Shown: one piece after another, positions 38,363 to 52,119 of the stretch
Position numbering within the stretch: the first letter of the stretch is position 1
How the letters are laid out: every line of letters begins with the position of its first letter
Source: Chrysomallon squamiferum
Taxonomy: Eukaryota > Animalia > Mollusca
Reading direction: 5' to 3'
Assembly: GCA_012295275.1 (NCBI GenBank)
Contig: CM022665.1
Span: 22,506,001-22,570,000 of the forward strand
Length of the DNA stretch: 64,000 bases
The notes under the pieces: generated by a model
The model's database searches: none
The model's input: the letters and a program-made list of their open reading frames with translations, nothing else
Told to the model about the DNA's origin: nothing
Made by a program: the position numbers and the translations under genes

Positions 38363-39827
38363 TGATAAAACAGTACAACTTAAAAGGACCGCATTAAAAA
38401 TAAATGAATTTTCTAGCTATAATACTTTGAAAACTGGATTCTTATTCAGAAATGATTTTTTTTCTCGTCCAATCAAACAACTGATTGGTTTTTAATGTAT
38501 AGCTTATGTTGATACACGTATCCAATGGAGTGTTGCACTCAGTTCTATTAATACACTCCGTCACGAAAGTAATACTGGAATACATACAAGTTAAGGTAAT
38601 ATATAATTATATTTTTATATTTTTTCTTATATTTTAATATTATAGTTGTTAATTATTCTTAGCTTAACTTCAGAAGTTTTAGTATATAAAGTTTTCACAT
38701 TTACAATATTTCAAAAAGTTCTACCGATTAATAATCGATGCAAAAACCTTTCTCTCGATTAAAAAAATCTTATTTTTAGGCTGGGACAAACGTTAAAGAA
38801 CGGTTACCAAACTAGAAAATATTTACCCTTATAATTCGCGTTTCTCTCAGTTTCGGTGCATTAGTATATTGAGAAGAAATTCCAGTCTAAACAGAAACTC
38901 AGACTGTGCACTTTCTCTGTCTCATAAACGGGACTGAAGCTTTACCATGTTATTCAGAATTTTGCATCGTTTCTTCAAATTCATAGGTGCTCTAAATTTT
39001 ATTTCCATCCAATCAGAATTTGGTAATGTTTATTTATATCTTTATGTTATCCAGCTTCTTGTAATTGTTTAAAAACAAACCAAAAAACCACAGAAATAAA
39101 CGTGTTAATATTTTATTAATTATATTTGAATAACGTGTTTTTTGTTATTTAGTTTAGTTTTTTGTTTTTTGTTTTGTTTTGTTCTTTTACACAGATTAAA
39201 AACTTAATAAAAAAATAAATAATTAAATAACAATAATAAGAAGAAGAAGAGTAAAAGCTTATAAGAAAGAAAGTAAAATAAATATATTATACAATAATTA
39301 CCGAACATTTTTAGAACTGATATATTTGGTCATGTTATTACACAGGACGTATTTTGTGTGAAATTCGATATATATTCGTGATACTGTGTTGGTATCGTGT
39401 GACAAAATAAATCCGAATAACAGAGTAAAATTACGCATTGACCAAGGAAAGCAAATAGCCTTTTATAATGTAGCCGTTTGACATATACACAAACATGCAA
39501 GATGTATATTATACTCGTTTTATGTAAACATTATGAATAAATACTTAATAATAACAAGAAAAGAAAAAAAGAAAAAGAAAAGAAAGGAAGATAATACATT
39601 ATATTTAACTCATATTTCTTCTTTTTTGTTTGTTTGTTTCTTTCTTTTGAATATTATTTTAATATTATAGTTGTCAATTATTCTTAGTTTAACTTCAGAA
39701 GTTTTAGTATATAAAGTTTTAAATATTTACAATATTTCAAAAATAATAATTCAACAAAATTCCACCCTCCCGATTTTGCTTACAATCAATTCTTTTGAGA
39801 AACAATGTGAATTTTCCTCGTTGCCAT
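36398..39827 (-). pseudogene. Cryptic 5-exon gene remnant A, unknown protein with an RRM-like IIRITNLP strand
   Basis: GT-AG exons 39827-39784, 38991-38946, 38886-38827, 36570-36509, 36446-36398 join in phase with two stops. Confidence 0.5.
37915..37977. repeat. (AAT)n microsatellite, one of many AAT/TATC/TATG/CA tracts in 37-62 kb
   Basis: Direct reading. Confidence 0.95.
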
Positions 39828-39901
39828 CTTTATAAAACAGCAACTTCAACGAATACAAACAGAACAGAATTTTGTGATTCACCAAAAAAGTACCCTGGTA
39901 T

Positions 39902-39935
<34 letters not shown>

Positions 39936-41460
39936 ATAAAAAAAAAATAAATAAATAAAAATAAAAATAAAAATAAAAAGCATACTTCATTATTGGTATT
40001 AGCTGTTAAAGTAATACCGAGTCTATCTATATTTAGGGTATGCATCGAAAGTTAATGATATTTTAATAAACGTAAAAACTGATCATCTCGTTCAGGCCTG
40101 AGAGAAATTAAAAACAAATAAATAAATAAAAACAAACTAACCTCACGCTATTGTTAATTTTAAATTTCATGATATTGGAATTATAAGCATTTTTGATTTT
40201 GCTTATAATTTCTTTAATATTAACTTATTAAGTATTGACATCAGTTACTTACTCAGTTTTTAACTAATTAATTAATTTATTTGTTATTTTTATTATTTAT
40301 TTATTTATTTATTCATTCAAATAATTTGTTTTTGTTTAGTATTTCTAATGACTGATTAACTGATTTTACACGGTATGTTTAATATCTTCTAACAAAATTT
40401 CTGTGAATAGTTTTATTTTATTTAACAGAACTGATTTTGGATTACTTGCTTTTCTCCGGTGACTGTCATTTCAAAGTCAAAAACATATTTCTGGGTTAAA
40501 GGTAAGTCATAATGTTTTTGTTATTGTTCGTTGAGCAGTTTTAGTGCAGTACAATATAATGACTTAAGACGACATTACTTGTAAAGAATAGCACAGTCAC
40601 AAAGATAAACGATATATAATATACAACCTTTGTTAAGTCTGAAGTGAAAAAAAAAAAGAAGATAAATAATAAGATAAAGGCAAGTACTAGCATGAAACTC
40701 TTTGCACCCGTTTAAAGCCAAATACACTTTAACACTTAATTCAGCTCACTACTAGCTATAGTACTTTGAAAACTGGATTCAGTCAACGGTCATTTATTCT
40801 GAACTGATTTTGTGTTGCTTCATCGATAACCCGTAGAAGTTAGCGGTTTATTTGGTTGATTAAAAATTTAATAAAAATAAATAATTAAATAATAATAATA
40901 AGAAGAAGAAGAAGAATAAAAGCTTATAAGAAAGAAAGTAAAATCAATATATTATACAATAATTACCGAACATTTTTAGAACTGATATATTTGGTCATGT
41001 TATTACACAGGACGTATTTTGTGTGAAATTCGATATATATTCGTGATACTGTGTTGGTATCGTGTGACAAAATAAATCCGAATAACAGAGTAAAATTACG
41101 CATTGACCAAGGAAAGCAAATAGCCTTTTATAATATAGCCGTTTGACATATACACAAACATGCAAGATGTATATTATACTCGTTTTATATAAACATTATG
41201 AATAAATACTTAATAATAACAAGAAAAGAAAAAAAGAAAAAGAAAAGAAAGGAAGATAATACATTATATTTAACTCATATTTCTTCTTTTTTGTTTGTTT
41301 GTTTCTTTCTTTTGAATATTATTTTAATATTATAGTTGTCAATTATTCTTAGCTTAACTTCAGAAGTTTTAGTATATAAAGTTTTAAATATTTACAATAT
41401 TTCAAAAATAATAATTCAACAAAATTCCACCCTCCCGATTTTGCTTACAATCAATTCTTT
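39195..41460 (+). repeat. ~600-bp direct repeat 'X' (39195-39794 and 40858-41460); further partial copies at about 42226, 49400 and 59450
   Basis: Near-identical sequence from gattaaaaa..ttaataa to gcttacaatcaattcttt. Confidence 0.9.
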
Positions 41461-42143
41461 ACGAATTCATAAGTGCTTTCATCTAATCACTGATTATTGC
41501 AGTGACAAACAGTAAAGTAAACATCAAAATAAAAACTGGATGAACATCTAAACAGATCTGAGATAGCGAAACTGAGTGTATTTAATGATCAGTTCTGCTT
41601 GGTGTAACCACTGGACTATTTTTCAGTCAATTAACCAAGATTGAATTACAAATATATGTTCCTTACTGACAGTGGGAAGGTACAAATAAAAAATACCTCA
41701 AAGCTGATCGAACAATCGTATTCTTCAGAACTGCCATTCGATAATTCCTCAGTTATTAATTCATTCTTCTTTTCAGCAGAAGCGTTTGCTTTCATAAATC
41801 AGAAATTCTTTACCAGCAGTAGTTATGCTGTCACAGAAACTTGAAATAGTCCAGGATAGATATTAATAATTCTAAACATACTGAGAGACATTACAGTTCA
41901 CTTCGCATAATTGTTTCCTGTTTTTGTAAAGAAATAAATGAATGCTAAACAGTTCCGACTTTGACTGGATCTAAAATTGGCACTAAACACGAATATTTTA
42001 ATTTTTTAGAGCGTGTAAATGTAGATATTATTCATGGTTAAATTATTCATAGAAGTTCGTGTGTATATAATAGGATATGTATTTCTCTATGTATATTTCA
42101 AATGTTTCATGTGTATGGCTGAATGTATGTATGTATGTGAATA

Positions 42144-42179
<36 letters not shown>

Positions 42180-42748
42180 TGTAAAGATTTCTATGTGTTT
42201 GTTATATCCTATTTATATTAAATAATGACCGAACATTTTTAGAACTGATGTGTTTGGTCATATTATTACATAGGACGTATTTTGTGTGCAACGATACTGT
42301 GTTGGTATCGTGTGACAAAATAAATCCGAATAACAGAGTAAAATTACGCATTGACCAAGGAAAGCCAATAGCCTTTTATAATGTAGCTGTTTGACATATA
42401 CACAAACATGCATATTATACTCGTTTTATGTAAACATTACACCCCAATGATGAATAAATACTTAAATAATAATAATAACAAGAAAGAAAAAAGAAAGGAA
42501 AAAAAAAGAAAGGAAGTTAAAACATTATATTTAACTTATATTTCTTCATTTTTGTTTGATTGTTTGTTTTGAATTTGATTCTTCTTACTGAATTACAGTC
42601 ACATAGTGACAGATACACTATAATCAAAGAATGTTGTGAGTGAGTTATTTGAAAAGCTGCTTTCAGTCTACACTGCACAGTACATATTACTCTCTAAATC
42701 CTGGATGTTTTACTGCCCTGACCAGTATCAAAAAGAAATCTATCAAAG
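40429..42748 (+). pseudogene. Cryptic exon chain C, unknown protein
   Basis: Acceptor/donor-bounded, nearly open segments at 40429-40501, 41673-~41854, 42243-42429 and 42599-42748. Confidence 0.4.
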
Positions 42749-43601
42749 GTAACAATTTATTTGTAATAACAATATTCGTATTTTCTAACCTGTATTTATA
42801 TTATATTATTATAAAAACAAATAAAAATACAAGGAAACTAATCAAATCGTCAGTAGGTAAAATTTCATTAGTAATATATATTTGAATTTTCACTGACATA
42901 TCTATTATTGTATGTATAGAAATTTTGAAAGAAAGGATATGAATCACTAGTTTACGTTGTATAAACTATATTATATAATTCTGAATTCAAATATTTAAAT
43001 AATTCATCATTTACTTTCTCGGCTAACATCTAACACGTAAGCATGTACACAGAGGCGCACAGAAATATACGAACAAATATATACACCGATACAACCACAA
43101 ACATACATACATACATACATACATATGTTCGAGTCTTGTCAGTGGCATCTGACAAGGTTTGTGAGGTCATGATTAGACTTTGTCCTCCTGTGCCAGTGCT
43201 GTTTCTATGTGCTATTGTCTTTGTGCAGAGTCTAATCAGTCGTACATAAGACAGAGAATATTCAAAATCCTAAACTACATACTTGCCAGTGACAGGTTTC
43301 CCACAAACAATAAATAGATACACGCAAGAATGACGAAAGACAAAGAACGGCGTGCTTCGTGGGAAGCGATGATTACCCTCGATTACTGAGCATATTTTAA
43401 TGTATTAAAAGAATAGTCAAGTCTGTGATAGAAGTGAATCAGTACATTTTGCTTTTTAAACACCACACACGCACACACACAGTCATACATTACTCGCTTA
43501 TATGTGTAAATATGAATATTTTCTATATATATTTTAAAAATGTACTTTTTGTGTAATTTCCTTTTGGTAAATGTTTGTATTATTATTGTGTGTGTGTGTG
43601 T

Positions 43602-43633
<32 letters not shown>

Positions 43634-44026
43634 TTGATTTTATGATCGTATATTTGTGTGAAAGTGTCTACTGCAAATGTAGTCTTAAAGTATGTTAATA
43701 AATATATTTTTGAGTACAGGTTTTGGTGATTTTCACCAATGAGTTTTGATAAATCTTCTCATATTTCTCAGCATATACGACAGTATCTGATAAATCAGTC
43801 GTAGGACATTATCTGGAAGGGAAAATAGTCCAATGGGACACCAAGAACTAATCAGAGCTCTCACTCTGAGCTGTCGCTTGCTGTATGCACAGCGTGGAAT
43901 TTAAACTTATCTCAACATTTAAATTTATAAATTTATCACAGCATAGAAACGTTTGATTTTTAAAAGAACGGCTAATTTATGGAAGCAAAATTACATTTCT
44001 TTCACAAATCATAACCGATTCAAACA

Positions 44027-44780
44027 CAAGGTTCGAATTTTACCACGGCACCGACGGCAAGTGCCGGTGGTTGCTATCCATTCATGCCTTAGATCCTCAA
44101 AGTTTGGACGATCTCCACGGCAATAAATCACCGTGTCTGCTCTGCCTGGTTTGCCTCCATGCCCTTCCCACAAATACCACTGATTCACTAACCATGTCCA
44201 ATAAAAAAAACAAAGTCAGTGTTATGTTAATTAGGTATCTATTTGCTTAAACTAGAAATGCTACGGCAAGAGAGAATAAAAAAGTGCAAAGAGCAGGAGC
44301 TAAGCTCGGCGGCGGCCAAATCTGTTATCGAGTGTTTTTATTTTCAGGTGCGAATGATTACAATAAGCGTAGATTTGAGCCTCACACGGGCTGCGCGGTC
44401 GCTACTATATCTGAATGAATGTCAGTAATTCGAATCAATTGAAATAATGCACTTACCAACGCTGACCCGTGCAGAATGTTAACCCCAAATTAGATGATGT
44501 GTTAATCATGCTATCACTTTGATATTTGGCTCATTATTGCGAAATTATCATAAAGTGATATGATTGGTTTATTTGGAGGATGTATTGGGTGTTGTTTTTA
44601 TTTTAATCGTCATATTTGTGGGTTTGTTTTCAGAATTATTTTAAAGAGAAAAGCAAACTGGAATTATTATTCAGGCAGCCATTAGCAAGTTAAGTAAAAA
44701 AATGAATACTCACATGAAATGCTTTTGTGAAAACTTGATAAAAACTAAGTTGTCTTGGTATCTCTACACTGCCTTGCCCT

Positions 44781-44818
<38 letters not shown>

Positions 44819-44846
44819 TAGAAAAGAAATTAAAATTCTATCCCTG
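44027..44846. mobile_element. Non-autonomous TIR element (hAT-like), duplicated at 51319-52149 and partly inverted at about 60200-60900
   Basis: caaggttcgaatttta ... taaaattctatccctg (13/16 inverted match); repeated ACGGCA motifs; no clean TSD. Confidence 0.55.
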
Positions 44847-46498
44847 CAAAAATATTATTTTATCTCATTATTATCAGTTATTGATCTTTTTATTGGTTAA
44901 TATAGCAGTAGTTACCTCCCTTTTTTCTGATAATTTTTCGACAAATTCATTTCGACAGAGTTATTTCCCATGCATAAAGATAAACTAATTTATCTTAATC
45001 CATTTGTTTCAGTCGAAAAAATTGATAAGAAATGACTAAGAAGTAAAGATAGATCCTTATGTCATGAGATCTATTTTACAGTGTAATTTATAATAAAATA
45101 TCTGCACAATCACCCGGCTTGAAAACAAAGAATACTGACGTAATAAAACGGGAAATCACCATTAGCGAAAAACCCATAAAAATATTTTATAATAATTTCC
45201 AGTAGATACTATTAACAGAAATTTGTAACAATTTAACCTGCACTACTTTCAAGTAGAACAATATGTAATTAAATTTTTTGAAATAATTATTAATATTTCA
45301 CCACTCAGAATGCAATTACAGTAGGGTAGAGTTGAGTAAAAGACTCCACTTAAGGAAAATATACATTTCATACCACATTTAGCATTTTGATCAGTAAATA
45401 TAACTTATGCACAGAGGAATCGAATTTGTGTATTTGTGACATTAAAGCAATATAATAAAACACTCATATTTATTAAAGAATAATAGCTTGTAATGGGGCC
45501 TTTTATGCGACACAAATCAAAACGAGATTCTTTTAATCGTCATGTATGTCGGTTTCAGAATTAATAAAGCCAACAAACCCCTTCCTAACGTCGCAGTACT
45601 TTGTCAGTATATGACAATTCTGTAACCTAAAACATGAATATAAAATGCTTACTTTTCCAGATAAAGCTGTGGAGAAATACACTTGTCCTGCCAGATCACT
45701 ACCACCATTTTACAAGTGAATCACGTGACAAATAACGTTGCTTGAAATACATGAATGTATAACACAACTTATTCTACTTTATTTATTTGTTTGTTTTCTT
45801 CTTTTGTGCATGAACTGAATTTTATCATTTGTCTGGAAATAAGAGTTTGCTATGTCACAATACGAATTTAAAAGTATAATTGTAACTTAATCTATAATAA
45901 TGTAATAAAACAAACTGACTAACAAATCTGGACATCGAACTAACACATTTTTTCTTTCTGGAATTATTATTATTATTTTTTTTTTTTAAGAAAAGAGAAG
46001 AAAGGTTCCTCCAATACACACACCCAGCTTCCATTTCAGCATAAACAAATTGTAAATATATTCTATTATTTATTTTTTATTTATTTATTTATATATTTTT
46101 AATGGACGTACTTTTTTTTTTTTGCTGTTCAGTTATATTTATCTGTATTACCATGCAATCCTGTTGTATGTATGTATGTATGTATGTCACTAATTTTCAA
46201 TATAATAGCTATAATCTAATTTATTATTATTATTATTATTTTTTTTTTATTAATTTGTTAGTATCTGTCTATTTAACAATCTATCTATCTCTCTGTCTGT
46301 TTTATGTACTTTTTTTTTTTTAAGTTTAATTTTATTTAATTATTTATCATAGAGAATATATTCAAAACATACAATTTATTATTAATATTTTTACTTTTTT
46401 TATTAATTTGTTAGTTCGATTTCCAGATTTGTTATTCAGTTTATTTTATTACATTATTATAGATTTACATTTAACCAATTAGAATATTTTAATCAACG

Positions 46499-46503
<5 letters not shown>

Positions 46504-46583
<80 letters not shown>
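46504..46583. repeat. (AG)n microsatellite; copy at about 53876-53936
   Basis: Direct reading. Confidence 0.95.
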
Positions 46584-46587
<4 letters not shown>

Positions 46588-47800
46588 ATACAGCTAGACA
46601 GAAACAGACATTTAGATATTATTATTATTACGAGTCTTCTTTTTCGAAACTAATCATTATTAAAACTATCATTATCATCATCGTAGTAATTATAATCATC
46701 ATTATTGTTAAATTTTATATGTTACACATGCACATTGTCACAAGGACATTATTAACTAAGATAAAAATTATTTACAAATTTTACTCTTTTTTTCTCTCTT
46801 TATTTCATTTATTTAATCGATAAAAATATTTGTGTGTAAATTTTTTGTTTATTTTATCAGTTTAATGTAATATATATATATTTTTTTTAGAGTTTAATTT
46901 TCTTGGTTATTTATTTGTTTCTTTATCTGTCTATTTAACAATTTATCTATCTCTCTGTCTGTTTTATGTTTTTTTTTTTTTTTTTTTTAAAGTTTTATTT
47001 TATTTAATTATTTATCATAGAGAATATATTCAAAACATATAATTTACATTTTTTAATTTTTTATTTATGGATACATTTTATTTATTCATTTGGCATTAGG
47101 AAATTTGTGTATTTATATTCTATTTTTATTCAAATCTTTCATTACACTTTACTTTTTCTTACATTTGAGTAACACTGACTTCTTTTACATCTCTGTATAT
47201 TTTACAGTTTAATTTTCAATTTTATTTATTTGCATCTTTGTCTATCTTTAATCTATCTATCTATCTATCTATCTATATATCTATCTTTTCTTCTTTCTTT
47301 CTGTCTGTCCGTCTGTCTAAATTATTTATTTGTCTTTGTTACTTATTTGTCATAGGGAATATTCAAAACATATATTTTACTGTTTTGCATTTTCTTTATG
47401 GATAAATTTGATTGTGGATATAACATTTACTACAATCTATCTATCTATCTATCTATCTATAAATGTGGTTTGCTTCCATATTATAAATGAACAATGTGTA
47501 AATATATTATGAACTAAATGTATGCACTAAATTTCAGTGTAACAGATATAATCTTACCTTTATTATTATTATTATTAATTTGTTAGTTCGATGTCGAGGT
47601 TTGTTAGTCAGTTTGTTTTATTTTATTATTATTAGTTTTACATTTAACTATTAGTGTATTAAACTTATCGATAGATAGATAGATAGACAGAAATACAGAT
47701 AGATAGATTGATAGATAGACATTAATAAAATTATTATTACGATTCTTGTTTTGGAAGCTATTTATTATTAAATCATCATTATCATAGAAATTCATCTGTT

Positions 47801-47850
<50 letters not shown>

Positions 47851-48105
47851 GGACATGAGTAAACAATCTCACTAAATTTGTTTAATTATTTACGTTTATT
47901 TAATCGATAGAAATAATTATATAGAAACAAAACATAATTTACTTTTTTTTTTTTTTTTTTTTTGTATGGATAAATAAATAAAAATGAATAAAAATAAAAG
48001 AGAAAATAAATAAATAAATAATTAAGTAACTGGATATATAGACAGAGAGGTAGATAATTAGATATAAAAAAATTGATAAGTAAATAGGTTGATATTATTG
48101 TTGTG

Positions 48106-48155
<50 letters not shown>

Positions 48156-48408
48156 TCTGTTAGACATACAAATTATCACAAGGACATTATTAAATATTTT
48201 AAACATTTTTTCTGTCTTTATTAATTCATTTATTTAATAAAACAATTTATGTGCCGTTTTATGAATTTAACATATAATACTTTTGAATTTTATTCATTTA
48301 TTTGTATATATATATGAATGTATATATGTATGTATGTTTGTATGTATGTACATCGTTTATTTATTTATTTACATTTCACAGAAAATATATCTAAAACTTA
48401 AAATTTAC

Positions 48409-49085
48409 ATTTTGCTTCCATATCCAACGTAAAGCAATTGCAAATATATTTTGTAGTCCTAAGATAATATTCAGTATTGCTTCTATAGGCTTGTGATGCT
48501 ATTTCAAATATTGGCCTAAACTGATTTTGACTGTTGATGGTTCCTGTGTTTATGAATTAATTAGTTCGTGTGTAAACTGTAAAATACGGCTTTGCACTCG
48601 ACTTGTCTTTAAATCGCGCTAGCTGTCTGGGAGTACTGTCAATCCTAAAACTTTCCTAAAATAATGCACAGACTAAATCTGCTACCAAACATTCTGAATA
48701 TTCGGGGCACTACATCTTTTTTCTTAGGTGTGTCAGCTCCTGAGTCTATGCGAAGCGTTTTTTATAAACATAATTATTTTTGAAAACAAAATGTTTACAT
48801 TTGTAAAAATATATTTCCTTGAGTTTAGACAAAGTTTAAAAGTTACCTTTTATGCAGCGTCTTTAGGTGATCAAAATCTCGTTTTAAGACTGGGTTTTTC
48901 CTTTTTTTATCTATTTCTAGAATATGTTTGGAAAATACCTGTCCTAATTATAGATTTCAGGCCTAAAAAATGGTAAAATAAATAAATAAATATTATTATC
49001 GTAGACTAACAATCAAATTCTAGTAGTCACAGATAAATAGACAGACTGACACGTAGACAGGCGCAAAAAAAAAAAATAATAATAA

Positions 49086-49116
<31 letters not shown>

Positions 49117-49334
49117 AAGTTACAAAAAGGAAGTAAAAGCCACCAAAGTCAGAGAGAAAATACAAGAGTCAGCGAATAATATTTTCATTTAAATATTAAT
49201 AATATTTAATGAAAAAAAACCTCTTCAAAAAGAAAAAGTCAAAGCATTTAAATGTTCATTGTTCATTATTCAATACAATCAACGTTAACCAACCTTTACC
49301 TGTTTACTTCAGGTCTTCGTCTCTGCCTCGCCAT
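48409..49334 (-). pseudogene. Cryptic multi-exon gene remnant B; second copy at about 55781-56688
   Basis: aaaaATGGCG start (MARQRRRPEVN) with GTAAAG donor; 247-nt exon 48655-48409 with a single stop in 82 codons. Confidence 0.45.
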
Positions 49335-52072
49335 TTTTACTACAAAAGGACTTTGAACCGCATAATCGATAACCCGTAGAAGTTAGCGGTTTATTTGGTT
49401 GATTAAAAATTTAATAAAAAATAAATAATTAAATAATAATAATAATAAGAAGAAGAAGAATAAAAGCTTATAAGAAAGAAAGTAAAATCAATATATTATA
49501 CAATAATTACCGAACATTTTTAGAACTGATATATTTGGTCATGTTATTACACAGGACGTATTTTGTGTGAAATTCGATATATATTCGTGATACTGTGTTG
49601 GTATCGTGTGACAAAATAAATCCGAATAACAGAGTAAAATTACGCATTGACCAAGGAAAGCCAATAGCCTTTTATAATGTAGCTGTTTGACATATACACA
49701 AACATGCATATTATACTCGTTTTATGTAAACATTACACCCCAATGATGAATAAATACTTAAATAATAATAATAACAAGAAAGAAAAAAGAAAGGAAAAAA
49801 AAAGAAAGGAAGTTAAAACATTATATTTAACTTATATTTCTTCATTTTTGTTTGATTGTTTGTTTTGAATTTGATTCTTCTTACTGAATTACAGTCACAT
49901 AGTGACAGATACACTATAATCAAAGAATGTTGTGAGTGAGTTATTTGAAAAGCTGCTTTCAGTCTACACTGCACAGTACATATTACTCTCTAAATCCTGG
50001 ATGTTTTACTGCCCTGACCAGTATCAAAAAGAAATCTATCAAAGGTAACAATTTATTTGTAATAACAATATTCGTATTTTCTAACCTGTATTTATATTAT
50101 ATTATTATAAAAACAAATAAAAATACAAGGAAACTAATCAAATCGTCAGTAGGTAAAATTTCATTAGTAATATATATTTGAATTTTCACTGACATATCTA
50201 TTATTGTATGTATAGAAATTTTGAAAGAAAGGATATGAATCACTAGTTTACGTTGTATAAACTATATTATATAATTCTGAATTCAAATATTTAAATAATT
50301 CATCATTTACTTTCTCGGCTAACATCTAACACGTAAGCATGTACACAGAGGCGCACAGAAATATACGAACAAATATATACACCGATACAACCACAAACAT
50401 ACATACATACATACATACATATGTTCGAGTCTTGTCAGTGGCATCTGACAAGGTTTGTGAGGTCATGATTAGACTTTGTCCTCCTGTGCCAGTGCTGTTT
50501 CTATGTGCTATTGTCTTTGTGCAGAGTCTAATCAGTCGTACATAAGACAGAGAATATTCAAAATCCTAAACTACATACTTGCCAGTGACAGGTTTCCCAC
50601 AAACAATAAATAGATACACGCAAGAATGACGAAAGACAAAGAACGGCGTGCTTCGTGGGAAGCGATGATTACCCTCGATTACTGAGCATATTTTAATGTA
50701 TTAAAAGAATAGTCAAGTCTGTGATAGAAGTGAATCAGTACATTTTGCTTTTTAAACACCACACACGCACACACACAGTCATACATTACTCGCTTATATG
50801 TGTAAATATGAATATTTTCTATATATATTTTAAAAATGTACTTTTTGTGTAATTTCCTTTTGGTAAATGTTTGTATTATTATTGTGTGTGTGTGTGTGTG
50901 AGTGTGTGTGTGTGTGTGTGTGTGTTTGATTTTATGATCGTATATTTGTGTGAAAGTGTATACTGCAAATGTAGTCTTAAAGTATGTTAATAAATATATT
51001 TTTGAGTACAGGTTTTGGTGATTTTCACCAATGAGTTTTGATAAATCTTCTCATATTTCTCAGCATATACGACAGTATCTGATAAATCAGTCGTAGGACA
51101 TTATCTGGAAGGGAAAATAGTCCAATGGGACACCAAGAACTAATCAGAGCTCTCACTCTGAGCTGTCGCTTGCTGTATGCACAGCGTGGAATTTAAACTT
51201 ATCTCAACATTTAAATTTATAAATTTATCACAGCATAGAAACGTTTGATTTTTAAAAGAACGGCTAATTTATGGAAGCAAAATTACATTTCTTTCACAAA
51301 TCATAACCGATTCAAACACAAGGTTCGAATTTTACCACGGCACCGACGGCAAGTGCCGGTGGTTGCTATCCATTCATGCCTTAGATCCTCAAAGTTTGGA
51401 CGATCTCCACGGCAATAAATCACCGTGTCTGCTCTGCCTGGTTTGCCTCCATGCCCTTCCCACAAATACCACTGATTCACTAACCATGTCCAATAAAAAA
51501 AACAAAGTCAGTGTTATGTTAATTAGGTATCTATTTGCTTAAACTAGAAATGCTACGGCAAGAGAGAATAAAAAAGTGCAAAGAGCAGGAGCTAAGCTCG
51601 GCGGCGGCCAAATCTGTTATCGAGTGTTTTTATTTTCAGGTGCGAATGATTACAATAAGCGTAGATTTGAGCCTCACACGGGCTGCGCGGTCGCTACTAT
51701 TATATCTGAATGAATGTCAGTAATTCGAATCAATTGAAATAATGCACTTACCAACGCTGACCCGTGCAGAATGTTAACCCCAAATTAGATGATGTGTTAA
51801 TCATGCTATCACTTTGATATTTGGCTCATTATTGCGAAATTATCATAAAGTGATATGATTGGTTTATTTGGAGGATGTATTGGGTGTTGTTTTTATTTTA
51901 ATCGTCATATTTGTGGGTTTGTTTTCAGAATTATTTTAAAGAGAAAAGCAAACTGGAATTATTATTCAGGCAGCCATTAGCAAGTTAAGTAAAAAAATGA
52001 ATACTCACATGAAATGCTTTTGTGAAAACTTGATAAAAACTAAGTTGTCTTGGTATCTCTACACTGCCTTGC

Positions 52073-52119
<47 letters not shown>

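Noticed and set aside
39786-39788. In-frame TGA in remnant A as selenocysteine
   Set aside because: A second in-frame stop is TAA, there is no redox motif, and I saw no SECIS; pseudogenisation is simpler.
41697-41795. Minus-strand SSEEYDCSISFE as an HLTF-like RING start
   Set aside because: Lacks the second Cys; the plus strand has the longer open frame and a better acceptor.
44243-44428. ORF MLKLEMLRQ... present three times as a conserved gene
   Set aside because: TTG start, lies inside a TIR element, and recurrence is explained by recent duplication.
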